Virus record (IMG/VR): IMGVR_UViG_3300009786_000034
Span: 1 to 36,394 of that record
Length of the DNA: 36,394 nt
Source of the DNA: a virus
Taxonomy: Duplodnaviria > Caudoviricetes
Direction: 5' to 3' (one strand)
The position numbers were made by a program, and so were the translations under genes. The notes below the pieces were generated by a model that worked only from the letters and a program-made list of their open reading frames with translations, did not search any database and had not been told where the DNA came from. This document shows positions 1 through 8,658 of the stretch, in pieces. Numbering within the stretch: position 1 is the stretch's first letter; each line of letters opens with the position of its first letter.

Positions 1-518
1 AACTCACTATACTCATAAGGCTCAAAGTCAATCGTAGTAAGCCTATCCTTGAGAGGAGGGAATAATTTATCACTCTCTGTTGTTGCGAATAAAAATGTCT
101 GCCTACTAAAATCAAAGTTAAATACTTGTTGCTCCCAAGTAAATTCTTTTAAATGACTTTTCTCCGTATTAAAGATAGTAAGGAAAGCATTAGTCAAGTC
201 TTTAGGTAGGGCGTGTGCCTCGTCAAATAATATAGTTACTTCGTTATTTGCAATAAGAGGCAGGAATATTTGCTCGAAAAATGCTTCGTTGTTTTTTATT
301 GTCGAACAATTAAGCTCAAGAAATGGCCTTGGACTTCCGTCTATATTCGTCAGCTTGGACGCAAAAGCCTTGGCAAATTCAGTCTTGCCTAATCCCTTGG
401 CTCCTACGAAATTTAAAAATGGACAAATGCTTGTCTTATTAAAAGCTTTTAAATAAAACTTTAACTTGCGCTTAACATTATCTTGCCCGACTAAACCTTC
501 AAAAATTTCTTCACTCAT
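1..518 (-). CDS. ruvB: RuvB-like AAA+ ATPase (runs off the left edge of the window; not in the ORF track)
   Basis: Manual translation: MSEEIFEGLVGQDNVK..., Walker A GAKGLGKT, Walker B ILFDEAHAL, FATTESDKLFPPLKDR, IDFEPY. These parallel RuvB motifs (IGQ, GPPGLGKT, LFIDEIH, ATTR...PLRDRF). The start could also be the ATG at 521. Confidence 0.75.
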   Translation of the reverse strand, partial: MSEEIFEGLVGQDNVKRKLKFYLKAFNKTSICPFLNFVGAKGLGKTEFAKAFASKLTNIDGSPRPFLELNCSTIKNNEAFFEQIFLPLIANNEVTILFDEAHALPKDLTNAFLTIFNTEKSHLKEFTWEQQVFNFDFSRQTFLFATTESDKLFPPLKDRLTTIDFEPYEYSE

Positions 519-723
519 CATTAAACTCCGTAAGTTTGTATTCTATTTGAGGGACATCCTCTGCCTCTACGCCATCAACCTGCGCTTCAGCAATAAAAGT
601 ATAGCCTAGAGAATCTAGCCAACTTTTTTTAACAGGGACAATTCCCTTTACGCCAATATACTCACCTAGCTCTTCGTAGGTAAGCACATGGTAGACTGCT
701 GGTCTGCCTTGTTTTTTTATCAT
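511..723 (-). CDS. hypothetical protein
   Basis: 70-aa ORF directly behind a sigma70-like promoter; its stop overlaps the ruvB-like start. Confidence 0.7.
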   Translation of the reverse strand: MIKKQGRPAVYHVLTYEELGEYIGVKGIVPVKKSWLDSLGYTFIAEAQVDGVEAEDVPQIEYKLTEFNDE

Positions 724-729
724 CCCACA

Positions 730-758
730 ATTAAATGGGATAATGAGGGAAATGTCAA
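730..758 (-). promoter_or_regulatory. sigma70-like promoter
   Basis: TTGACA-17-TTTAAT, 6 nt before the ATG at 723. Confidence 0.7.
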
Positions 759-766
759 GACCTAAA

Positions 767-1018
767 TTAAAAAAAGATTAATCGAGAGACTGCCACGCAT
801 AGGCTATAAGAGTAAACGAAAAGAATTAAGCCGTATAAAAAAAATGCTAAAATTACTTCTGCCGAGGATATTTGATATTTAGTGAACTTTTTCTTGGGCT
901 TTGCCATCTTATTTGATCGTAATTTTTTTGGAATTGTACTTTGAAGTGGATGTTTATAATCTTTTTCTTTCGTTTGTTGCTTGCTCTTAAAGATTGCCTG
1001 TCCTGTAGTTAAACTCAT
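767..1018 (-). CDS. small membrane protein or duplicated gene fragment
   Basis: ATGA overlap with thyX. Contains MAKPKKKFTKYQISSAEVILAFFLY, nearly identical to the N-terminus of the 1646-2296 protein. Confidence 0.45.
   Translation of the reverse strand: MSLTTGQAIFKSKQQTKEKDYKHPLQSTIPKKLRSNKMAKPKKKFTKYQISSAEVILAFFLYGLILFVYSYSLCVAVSRLIFF
832..936. repeat. 105-bp direct repeat, copy 1
   Basis: Aligns without gaps to 2221-2325 with 9 mismatches by hand count. Confidence 0.9.
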
Positions 1019-1641
1019 AAATCAAAAGCCGTAATGGTGTGTTTGAAGGGATTATCGCCTATTTCCTTAACTAAGTCGAGCATATTCTGAGCAATCTCTC
1101 TAATTTCTTTTTGAGCCTCTGGCTTATTTCTTAAATTTAAAAAATGAACAAAACTTCTAAAATTAAACATTATATCAGACGTTATTTGAGTGTTGTACGT
1201 TCTGAAATATCGCGCAACTTCTTTTGCTCTTTCTTTAGAAAAGTTAAATTCACTAACTAAGTCTTTTATGCAGGTATGATAGTAATCCATGCCTTCTTTT
1301 GTAAAATTAGCTAATTTTCTCTGCCACTCTAACGGCAAATCATGTGGAATTAAAATTTTATCCTCCCTAAGCTCTTTGTATCTAGCCGATTCAGCATTAA
1401 CGCTTACTCCGACTCTATGTTTTAAAATATGTACGTGACTAGCAATGTCACAATCAACCAAAAAATGCAGTCCAGACTTCTCGAAAGGAGTTTCATGTTT
1501 ATGATCCGCTAAATATTTAAGTAATTTAGGTATTCTTTCTATTTTTTCTGGAGAAAGCTCCCTGCTTGTCGAAGTCCAAGCGGAACAAGCGTGAGTCTCG
1601 TCCGATCCATAATAACCAAGTAATTCAATCCTGTTTTGCAT
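1015..1641 (-). CDS. thyX: flavin-dependent thymidylate synthase
   Basis: HETPFE, KHR...NAESARY (ThyX motif variant), NFRSFVHFLNLR..PEAQKEIR. Confidence 0.92.
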   Translation of the reverse strand: MQNRIELLGYYGSDETHACSAWTSTSRELSPEKIERIPKLLKYLADHKHETPFEKSGLHFLVDCDIASHVHILKHRVGVSVNAESARYKELREDKILIPHDLPLEWQRKLANFTKEGMDYYHTCIKDLVSEFNFSKERAKEVARYFRTYNTQITSDIMFNFRSFVHFLNLRNKPEAQKEIREIAQNMLDLVKEIGDNPFKHTITAFDL

Positions 1642-1645
1642 CTAA

Positions 1646-2296
1646 CTAAAATATATATCTATAAATAGTATTTGGATATTCTTTGAGTGGAGTAAATTTG
1701 TTAGTTTGAGGTTCCATAACGAACCAACCTTTTGATGTATAAACTATACATAGTGCGTGTTTAAGATCAGGACTTGAAGGAATTCCTAGGGCTTCGGTTT
1801 TCTGAGTTACCACTATCACGCCTACAAGAATTTGTTTTGGTTGGGGAGCTTTGATAACGGCTGAGTTCAAGAGGGATTTATAGAGAAACGCATGGTTGTC
1901 ACAATCAAAGGATATATTATCTACTTTAAGATATGTACTTCTTAAAGACCACCACCATCTATTAAATTGAATAAAATAATCATATTTAATACCTATATAA
2001 TCAGGATCAAACATAAGGACTTTACTAAAAAGGGACATCATAGGCGCGTCGAAATCATGTTTTAACTCTTTTTGATTTTTCGAAGGGTAGTAATATTCAG
2101 GTTCAGGTATTGTATCAAACGATATTCTCTTGGGGGTTATATCAAATATTGTATCAGGGACGGGATTTCCGTCTTCTACTGAAGGATCTATAATCGTCGT
2201 GCAACCCATTAGTAATGAGGCGTATAAAAAAAACGCTACAATTACTTTTGCCGAGGATATTTGGTATTTAGTAAACTTCCGCTTGGGCTTTGCCAT
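1646..2296 (-). CDS. predicted lipoprotein with a papain/transglutaminase-like cysteine peptidase domain
   Basis: Basic N-terminus, hydrophobic stretch and lipobox LLMGC; FDCDNHA, HALCIV, WFVMEPQ give a Cys-His-Glu arrangement. Confidence 0.6.
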   Translation of the reverse strand: MAKPKRKFTKYQISSAKVIVAFFLYASLLMGCTTIIDPSVEDGNPVPDTIFDITPKRISFDTIPEPEYYYPSKNQKELKHDFDAPMMSLFSKVLMFDPDYIGIKYDYFIQFNRWWWSLRSTYLKVDNISFDCDNHAFLYKSLLNSAVIKAPQPKQILVGVIVVTQKTEALGIPSSPDLKHALCIVYTSKGWFVMEPQTNKFTPLKEYPNTIYRYIF

Positions 2297-2325
2297 TTTA
2301 TTTGATCGTAATTTTTTTGGAATTG
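2221..2325. repeat. 105-bp direct repeat, copy 2
   Basis: Partner of 832-936; spans the start of the lipoprotein gene. Confidence 0.9.
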
Positions 2326-2409
2326 ATTAAAGCTTGCTGTGCGATTTTTGTCACCCTTTCCGTTGTCGGGGCATTTATTTGGCTCACGGCTTTTCACTTT
2401 TAAAACCAT
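2242..2409 (-). CDS. possible small protein (55 aa)
   Basis: Manual translation MVLKVKSREPNKCPDNGKGDKNRTASFNQFQKNYDQIKW...; fills a gap but overlaps its neighbours. Confidence 0.35.
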   Translation of the reverse strand: MVLKVKSREPNKCPDNGKGDKNRTASFNQFQKNYDQIKWQSPSGSLLNTKYPRQK

Positions 2410-2717
2410 TCATATTTAATCTTTGCCTGCTCGTATTGGGGCTGTTCCTCCCAATCATCCTTGTGGTAGTCCCAAAAACGCTTGTCCCTTATGGCAAATC
2501 TAAATGCCAACATTAATATTTCTAAATAAATATCCAGCCCTGCATTGTCTTTATTTCTCGTCCAGCTAATTAGAAACTCAAACCAGCTCCATTCTTTTTT
2601 TGTATAAATAAAAGAAAGCTCTATTCGTTTATTCTTTGTAATGCCTATCGTCAAGGAGTATTGTGTCACTTCTCCATCAGCACTCAACTCTTTTTTAAAA
2701 AATTTATTCTTTGCCAT
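2400..2717 (-). CDS. hypothetical protein
   Basis: 105-aa ORF in a tightly packed co-oriented array. Confidence 0.7.
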   Translation of the reverse strand: MAKNKFFKKELSADGEVTQYSLTIGITKNKRIELSFIYTKKEWSWFEFLISWTRNKDNAGLDIYLEILMLAFRFAIRDKRFWDYHKDDWEEQPQYEQAKIKYEWF

Positions 2718-2940
2718 ATTGGTCTCCCTTCTTTTCTAGCTGTTCTTTTACTAGGTCTTCATCAAGTGTCTCGGAGATTATTTTCCATAACCAATACAAA
2801 GCGTCTCCACTCTCTTGACTGAGTCTGGACATTAGTTGCTTCTCTGGCGTCAGCACTTGATGAATTAATAATGCGCTCAACTCGTTAAGTTCTTCGGCAC
2901 ATTTAATGAAATTAAACATATCTTCTTCTGAAAGTTTCAT
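2704..2940 (-). CDS. MazG-like all-alpha domain protein (possibly degenerate)
   Basis: KCAEELNEL...QESGDAL resembles the EExxEL...ExGD pattern. Confidence 0.45.
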   Translation of the reverse strand: MKLSEEDMFNFIKCAEELNELSALLIHQVLTPEKQLMSRLSQESGDALYWLWKIISETLDEDLVKEQLEKKGDQYGKE

Positions 2941-2941
2941 A

Positions 2942-3142
2942 TTATTTGTCCTTTTCTTTTTTCCAATTTAGCACCCATTTCGCCGCCCTACTGAAGACGT
3001 ACTGATGTTCATCTGGGTTGCATTTTTCTAGCGCAACAGAGGCTCTCTCAAGCACTACCTGAGCCGTATCTATAAGCACTAATAATTCTTCTATACCTTT
3101 ATTTAACTCGTTTATTTGTCGCCTATAATCTTTGTCATTCAT
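2942..3142 (-). CDS. hypothetical protein
   Basis: Packed ORF; start at MNDKDY chosen to minimise overlap. Confidence 0.6.
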   Translation of the reverse strand: MNDKDYRRQINELNKGIEELLVLIDTAQVVLERASVALEKCNPDEHQYVFSRAAKWVLNWKKEKDK

Positions 3143-3347
3143 TTTTATTCCATCCATCCTCAAGCTCTTTTACCGAATCATAATTCTGGCTTTCTAATAA
3201 ATACTCTTTTACGAATTTAGTTGCCTCCTCAAAGGCTTCGGGGTGATATTTCCTACACCATTCCAATACCCACTTATTTGTATAAGTTTTCATTAGGTAT
3301 TCGGGCGCAATATCTACGCTATAATCTAAAGGTTTTGTTTGTTTCAT
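3135..3347 (-). CDS. hypothetical protein
   Basis: The ATG at 3347 forms an ATGA overlap with the upstream stop. Confidence 0.65.
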   Translation of the reverse strand: MKQTKPLDYSVDIAPEYLMKTYTNKWVLEWCRKYHPEAFEEATKFVKEYLLESQNYDSVKELEDGWNKNE

Positions 3348-3946
3348 TTTATTTTTACTAAGCCCCAACGCAGGAAGCTCTCTATATTAAGCAGAAAGAC
3401 AGGGAGTCTCTGCGCCCATTTTCGAAGGTTTCCAAAAACGCATACAACAGGAGCGTCCCACAAAAATCTATAAATTTTATACCATATTTGGCGCTGCCTC
3501 TGTTGGCATTTTAAATTCCAAGTATGCAAGCGGAGGTCGCATTCTTTGCGGTGCGCGTTAGGTAAGCTATTGAGCGATAAAAACTTTATATTTGAAAGGT
3601 TTCCTTTCGTAAAGAGAGCTTTAAATTCTAAATAGGAATCCTGCTCCTCGCCATAAAAAAGATAGCCAAAGACAATTTCCCCGTGATAGTCCCTTTGTTC
3701 CTTCCATGAATAATTGGTTTTAAAGTGCCCTCCGCACGTTTGTGCGCTATCTTCTACCCATTCCGTGTCTGACCTCTCTTCATAAAGTTCTCCGTCAGCA
3801 GTAATAAAAAAAGTCTTTAGTTGGTTATCAAGACTTTTTGTCTGAAACTCTTGAGTCTTCCATTCCTTATCTGGGGCAACGATGCCTTCTGCTGAAGCGG
3901 GGATAGGAAGCGTATATTCACAGATTATCGTATCAATCATTCCCAT
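3344..3946 (-). CDS. hypothetical phage protein
   Basis: Probable start MGMIDTIICE; contains FQTKSL. Confidence 0.7.
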   Translation of the reverse strand: MGMIDTIICEYTLPIPASAEGIVAPDKEWKTQEFQTKSLDNQLKTFFITADGELYEERSDTEWVEDSAQTCGGHFKTNYSWKEQRDYHGEIVFGYLFYGEEQDSYLEFKALFTKGNLSNIKFLSLNSLPNAHRKECDLRLHTWNLKCQQRQRQIWYKIYRFLWDAPVVCVFGNLRKWAQRLPVFLLNIESFLRWGLVKIK

Positions 3947-3962
3947 TCTGTTTTCTTTATTA

Positions 3963-4217
3963 TTAAAAGCTAAATTTATCTTGGTGGGTTCCTTCATATA
4001 TTTCTTCGGCTTCGTCTACTATATCAGAAACAGGAGCCTTTAGCAAGGGTTTTTTTAGAAAATTCCTCTGAGCAATGCGGATAATGAACCGCATTAAGGC
4101 AAAACCATATATTTTATTTAACTCAATAGTGTTGTTATTTGCATCGGTAACACTAAAGGTTTTTGTTTCTTCATTCCACTCAAAGGCGGCACATTTCAAT
4201 TCTTTAGTTATTTTCAT
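3963..4217 (-). CDS. hypothetical protein
   Basis: 84-aa packed ORF. Confidence 0.65.
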   Translation of the reverse strand: MKITKELKCAAFEWNEETKTFSVTDANNNTIELNKIYGFALMRFIIRIAQRNFLKKPLLKAPVSDIVDEAEEIYEGTHQDKFSF

Positions 4218-4220
4218 TAA

Positions 4221-4379
4221 TTATTCGCCATTTTCTAATCCATCGTTTTTCTTGTCATAAATATATAAAGCCAATCCCGAAAGCAATAAAAAAATAAAAA
4301 CAGGTATTAATAATACATATAATACTGCCTCTCCTAACAGGAATCCTACTCGATGATACCATTTTTCTTCTCCCGACAT
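4221..4379 (-). CDS. small membrane protein (52 aa, not in the ORF track)
   Basis: MSGEEKWYHRVGFLLGEAVLYVLLIPVFIFLLLSGLALYIYDKK...; TAATG overlap upstream and fills the gap exactly. Confidence 0.6.
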   Translation of the reverse strand: MSGEEKWYHRVGFLLGEAVLYVLLIPVFIFLLLSGLALYIYDKKNDGLENGE

Positions 4380-4573
4380 TAGTCTTTCTGACTTCTTTCT
4401 CCTTTATTTGGGTTTATTTCGTTCACAATTGAAACTACTGGAATAAATATCTCAACAGGTTTATTGTGCTTGGTGGGAGCAACAGGTACATTACATATAT
4501 AACTTATTATATATAAAGATATTACTGCAATACATATTGCTATTAATGTCTTAAGCTTCTCTTTTTTACTCAT
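4379..4573 (-). CDS. small membrane protein
   Basis: Probable start MSKKEK; one hydrophobic helix. Confidence 0.55.
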   Translation of the reverse strand: MSKKEKLKTLIAICIAVISLYIISYICNVPVAPTKHNKPVEIFIPVVSIVNEINPNKGERSQKD

Positions 4574-5180
4574 ACTTGCACCTGTCGAGACGAGCTGGGG
4601 TTTCAAAAAGGCTATCTAATTCATCCCTTACTATCCAATCTAAAACATCTTGGTCTATGGTGGTAAGCCATGTCAATGAATGGTTGCATTGCTTCTTAAG
4701 AAGAGGATCATAAATTTTTTCCTCTTGGTTTGCTGGTGCAACAATTTTTCCATCAGGAGCAGTACGGGATAAATGTAAGCATTTACCCTTGAGGGTATTT
4801 TGCACCCAATCGAGTTCATTGGGGTAGCGAACGTCTGTGATAATAGTAACTTCATCATTACGCATATTACGCTTAACCTGAGACTCAACCTTTTTGATCC
4901 AGCAATTCTCATCCTTCTTACGCATGAGTTTAGTGCCATAAGCTACTAAAAAATCTCTAATTAACGTCTTCTCTTTAAGGTCAGTAGTAAAGGCGCTGAC
5001 CCCTACCTTATCTTGCAAGAATTCATCCGTATCACTCTTTAGGGCATCTGCAAAGCTTAATCTACGTGCAATAATATCTTGCTCAAGAAAAAGCCTTCTG
5101 GCGGCGTCGCAAAAAGTATCTTTGCCGCTCTGGGCAACTCCACATAATCCAATTACTTTTATTTCAGTCTTCATTTTCAT
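4566..5180 (-). CDS. deoxynucleoside monophosphate kinase-like P-loop protein
   Basis: IGLCGVAQSGKDT, SFADALK, GT..MRK, IITDVRYPNE. Confidence 0.85.
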   Translation of the reverse strand: MKMKTEIKVIGLCGVAQSGKDTFCDAARRLFLEQDIIARRLSFADALKSDTDEFLQDKVGVSAFTTDLKEKTLIRDFLVAYGTKLMRKKDENCWIKKVESQVKRNMRNDEVTIITDVRYPNELDWVQNTLKGKCLHLSRTAPDGKIVAPANQEEKIYDPLLKKQCNHSLTWLTTIDQDVLDWIVRDELDSLFETPARLDRCKYE

Positions 5181-5225
5181 TCCATTCTACTTTACAGTCT
5201 AAATTTACATCTGATGTATCGTGTA

Positions 5226-5843
5226 TTAAGCATTGTAATACGGTACGTAAATGTTGTCATGGCTTTTATGTACCATTTCAAACTTTTGTACCAATTTAAA
5301 ATTTTTAGATTTCATATAAGAATTCATGTCAGATTCCATTGGAGCATCCTTGTACATGTTAGTCGTGAATACTTCCGCCTTAATCAGGTTAAATGCACTC
5401 AACTTATCGCCCAAACTCTTAATCACACTTAAATCCCCTCCCTGTGCGTCCACACATAAACAATCATATCCTGTCAGGTCAAAGTAATCCAATCTTTTGG
5501 GTATCATCAACGTATGCCCCAAATCTTTAAAGGTAGATTCCTTAAAATGGCCCTTAAAGTCAAAAGCAGAAGATCTGCAGGACTGTGCCGAAATATTAAA
5601 CCTCACCTCATCCACAGTATCTAAAATCAAGTCATTTATAGCCACTTGTTCAGGATAAGGCTCTATATTTTTTACAAGCTGTTTAAACACGGTATAATCG
5701 GGCTCAAACCAAAGTACATTTCTGTTGCACTGCCTGTAGCAATAACGCTCCTGACCTATATTGGCCCCCACATGCACAATTCCCCGTTTGGAATGCCTGT
5801 TAATAATACAGGCTAATGCGGGGGAAAATTCTCTCTCTTTCAT
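5226..5843 (-). CDS. FkbM-family SAM methyltransferase
   Basis: HVGANIGQE, WFEP, VDAQGGDL, AEV...MY. Confidence 0.85.
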   Translation of the reverse strand: MKEREFSPALACIINRHSKRGIVHVGANIGQERYCYRQCNRNVLWFEPDYTVFKQLVKNIEPYPEQVAINDLILDTVDEVRFNISAQSCRSSAFDFKGHFKESTFKDLGHTLMIPKRLDYFDLTGYDCLCVDAQGGDLSVIKSLGDKLSAFNLIKAEVFTTNMYKDAPMESDMNSYMKSKNFKLVQKFEMVHKSHDNIYVPYYNA

Positions 5844-5880
5844 TGTTTTCTTTTATTGTTCTCTTTTATTGTTCTCTTTT
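5842..5880. repeat. 13-bp tandem repeat x3
   Basis: attgtt(t/c)tctttt three times, abutting the FkbM start codon. Confidence 0.85.
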
Positions 5881-6061
5881 ATCCATTGGATCGTTGACAA
5901 ATAGGACTAAAACAGGCAATGTAACATAAAAATGCTACTATAAAATGCAAAATACAAAAACTATCGCCCACGAAAGCTGTTTCTACGGAAAATAAAAGGT
6001 TTATCCATAGAAAAATATAATTTAATTTCCCTCTTCCATTTAGCTTTGTCCATCTAATCAC
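5879..6061 (-). CDS. small membrane protein
   Basis: 60 aa with two hydrophobic segments. Confidence 0.5.
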   Translation of the reverse strand: MIRWTKLNGRGKLNYIFLWINLLFSVETAFVGDSFCILHFIVAFLCYIACFSPICQRSNG

Positions 6062-6244
6062 CTACGCGAAAGGATTAAGGTGATTTTGCGTCTTAACCGC
6101 TTTAGATTGGATTTGCTGGAGGAAAATCATCTTTTTTATAAAGGCTACGCAATACAAGGGGAGGGATAGTGCCGCCCCGATGGAGAGAATTAATCCTACG
6201 GCGCCAAGCCAATGCCAAAAACTACTCAGAGCTATTTCTAGCAT
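6062..6244 (-). CDS. small membrane protein
   Basis: 60 aa with a hydrophobic N-terminal half. Confidence 0.55.
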   Translation of the reverse strand: MLEIALSSFWHWLGAVGLILSIGAALSLPLYCVAFIKKMIFLQQIQSKAVKTQNHLNPFA

Positions 6245-6255
6245 AGATCCTAATA

Positions 6256-6480
6256 TTAGAGTTTGGTAATAGACACCACCCTGTCGTGCCTAAAATTTCT
6301 TACCTGATTTCTGGCGAAACAAAAAGAGCGAAACCCTACATTATTTCTACCCTCAACCTGATTGGAGATGGAATCAGATAACCGAGGTCGGCTAATCTCA
6401 TAACTCTTGACCTTCCCGTCTTCCTTACGATAAACAAGGAGGTAACGAGGCTTGAATATATTTAATAATTTATTAATCAT
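6256..6480 (-). CDS. stand-alone WYL-like domain protein
   Basis: C-terminal FCFARNQVRNFRHDRV matches the WYL-domain C..R...RxFRxDRI signature; start placed at the ATG behind the promoter. Confidence 0.6.
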   Translation of the reverse strand: MINKLLNIFKPRYLLVYRKEDGKVKSYEISRPRLSDSISNQVEGRNNVGFRSFCFARNQVRNFRHDRVVSITKL

Positions 6481-6486
6481 GCGTAT

Positions 6487-6515
6487 ACTATACAATATTT
6501 ATGACAAAGAGTCAA
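6487..6515 (-). promoter_or_regulatory. sigma70-like promoter
   Basis: TTGACT-17-TATAGT, 6 nt before the ATG at 6480. Confidence 0.75.
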
Positions 6516-6523
6516 GCATTATT

Positions 6524-6979
6524 TCAGGCATATTTACCCACAAAGTCATTGTAGATAACTTTTACTTGGTCAATCTCTATTCCTGCTCGCTTGAGAAGTA
6601 TTAGGCCTTCTATGCTTCGATAAGCCTCTCGGAAAACCACTTTTCTAATGCCTGCTTGAATAATAAGCTTAGCGCACTCCATGCAGGGAGCAATCGTAAT
6701 ATACATAGTTGCTCCATTACTGGATTGGGTTCCCTGAGCCAACTTGCTAATGGCATTGCTTTCTGCATGAAGCACCTCGTCTTTAGTTACTAAGGAGCCT
6801 TCTTCTTCTAGCTCACAGCAATTATCAAAACCTTTAGGGGTTCCATTGAAACCGTCTGAAATAATAGCCCCATCTTTGACAATGAGGCACCCTACTTTTT
6901 TTCTCTGCGCTTTAGATAATGATGACCATACATAAGCCATCCTTAAATAAGCAACATCCAGTTCGCTCTGCGTAGCCAT
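6524..6979 (-). CDS. dCMP deaminase
   Basis: KVGCLIVK, GFNGTP, HAESNAI, PCMECAK zinc-deaminase motifs. Confidence 0.93.
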   Translation of the reverse strand: MATQSELDVAYLRMAYVWSSLSKAQRKKVGCLIVKDGAIISDGFNGTPKGFDNCCELEEEGSLVTKDEVLHAESNAISKLAQGTQSSNGATMYITIAPCMECAKLIIQAGIRKVVFREAYRSIEGLILLKRAGIEIDQVKVIYNDFVGKYA

Positions 6980-6981
6980 CG

Positions 6982-7206
6982 TTAATTTCCTCTCTTGCGC
7001 GGATAAATAGGGTAAAGCTCCTCTTCTAATATATCAAACTTATTAAGCTGTCTCTCTATTCTATATATTTCATAAAAAGCAGCGTTAGCGTCTATTAATT
7101 TATTGGTGACCTTTTCGAGCTGGTTTAGCCTGAAGTAGGTGATGCCCTCGACAATGAATACTAGCATAAAGAAAAATATATAAATATCTTTAGTGTTGAT
7201 CTTCAT
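6982..7206 (-). CDS. small membrane-anchored protein
   Basis: N-terminal transmembrane helix followed by a helical tail. Confidence 0.6.
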   Translation of the reverse strand: MKINTKDIYIFFFMLVFIVEGITYFRLNQLEKVTNKLIDANAAFYEIYRIERQLNKFDILEEELYPIYPRKRGN

Positions 7207-8110
7207 CTTTTCCTAAAATTCTCTTACATTTTTTCTCCCACTCTTTGTGCTCCGTAATCCCAATAGGAAAACGCTTAGGCATTTCGGGCTTGGGCTTACT
7301 CCTAATCATGCAGGCAAAGTTACCGCGAAATTCTACGCTAGGGGAATGATGGCTAAGCCCCTCCACAACATCCACCCATATTTCGCCCCCGCAGCGCTCC
7401 CATAGACGACAAAAATAAAAATCTTCTCCTAGGTATCGGTCTTCGTGACCTGGACACGAAGTTCCTAGCCCAAAAAAATCATAATTATTAGTACAAGGGG
7501 ATTTTGTTTCCTCTCCTGTTAGCGGGTCATCCAGTATAGTGGGGCTGTCAGTATACTGGCGATCTGGAAAATGCTGTCTTATCTTTTCGAAAACGGCCCG
7601 CTTGATAAGCATCAGCCCAGTCCCTGCTTCGTTTACTTTAAGCAAGCCATTCTTTAAAACGGGGTTTTGGGGGTCATCTACGGTTAGGGTATACTCCAAG
7701 GTTCTGGCCCGCAAGGTTTTCTCGTCTATGTCGGGGTTAGCACGAACCTCGGCAATAATTTTCTTCCAGTCCATTTTCTTTTTACCATAGGCGCCAGCCA
7801 CTATATCTTTATTTGCTCCTAGTAGTCTATCGACATTTTTATAGCTAAATCCAATGTCTGAATCTATAAATAATATATGGGTGGCGTTAAACTCTTCATC
7901 ATTCAGAGCTAGTTGAACCAGCTCGTTTCGAGCTCTTGGAACTAATGTGGACCTTATTGGGTAAATAGAAAGGCCGATGCCTAGGCGGACGCACCACAGT
8001 TGAGTCTGAAGTATCCCGTGAAATGTTGCTTCTGTAAGAGTGCCATTATATAGAGGCATACAAATAGCGAGGCGGATATCAGCTGGTTCGAGATCACTCA
8101 CTTTTCCCAA
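7190..8110 (-). CDS. GT-A fold glycosyltransferase
   Basis: ARNELV, HILFIDSDI, GTGLMLIKR.VFE, GEDFYFC. Confidence 0.8.
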   Translation of the reverse strand: MGKVSDLEPADIRLAICMPLYNGTLTEATFHGILQTQLWCVRLGIGLSIYPIRSTLVPRARNELVQLALNDEEFNATHILFIDSDIGFSYKNVDRLLGANKDIVAGAYGKKKMDWKKIIAEVRANPDIDEKTLRARTLEYTLTVDDPQNPVLKNGLLKVNEAGTGLMLIKRAVFEKIRQHFPDRQYTDSPTILDDPLTGEETKSPCTNNYDFFGLGTSCPGHEDRYLGEDFYFCRLWERCGGEIWVDVVEGLSHHSPSVEFRGNFACMIRSKPKPEMPKRFPIGITEHKEWEKKCKRILGKDEDQH

Positions 8111-8658
8111 ATTTCTATTCCATTTACCTGCTTCACCATGTCTTCATAGGAAACTTGCGTTAAAAGATCGTCTCTCTCCCAGCGGGTATAATATTTATAC
8201 CTAGCGTCTCTGGAGTTTTTAGCCTTGCATTTTACAGTCATTTTACCTCCGTTGTGATCTGCAATTGCTTTTTTTGACCAATTAAAAAGGTTTTCTCGAG
8301 GAACTAAAACAAACTCGTTTTCCCTTTCAAATGCTATGTGGGTAGATTCTCCGATTAACCATCCATTTTTGCCTTGAACATTACGGTATTCTAACCAAAT
8401 CCAATCATCATTAAACTTCTTATCCTTGCGACTCGTCCTCTTGCGGGACTTCACGTCTACCTTTAATGTAAGAGGATCAACGTCCCCTTCGATTGTCTTC
8501 TTTAATATAAAATCAATATGGGAAAACATATTTGCCTTGCGGGTAGCTGTAGTCACCTCGAAAGATTTTTCTTTTGCCAACTGAACAAAAGATTTTTCTG
8601 CGTTATGCCCTTCTCGCGAACATTTCCCGCCTTTATCGTGTTTATTTACGTATGCCAT
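8098..8658 (-). CDS. PD-(D/E)XK-like nuclease
   Basis: E..F, HIDF, VDVK, WLEYRNV.G..GW. Confidence 0.55.
   Translation of the reverse strand: MAYVNKHDKGGKCSREGHNAEKSFVQLAKEKSFEVTTATRKANMFSHIDFILKKTIEGDVDPLTLKVDVKSRKRTSRKDKKFNDDWIWLEYRNVQGKNGWLIGESTHIAFERENEFVLVPRENLFNWSKKAIADHNGGKMTVKCKAKNSRDARYKYYTRWERDDLLTQVSYEDMVKQVNGIEIWEK

Noticed and set aside
832-2325. Diversity-generating retroelement TR/VR pair
   Set aside because: The mismatches are not confined to adenines of one copy on either strand, and there is no reverse transcriptase in the window.
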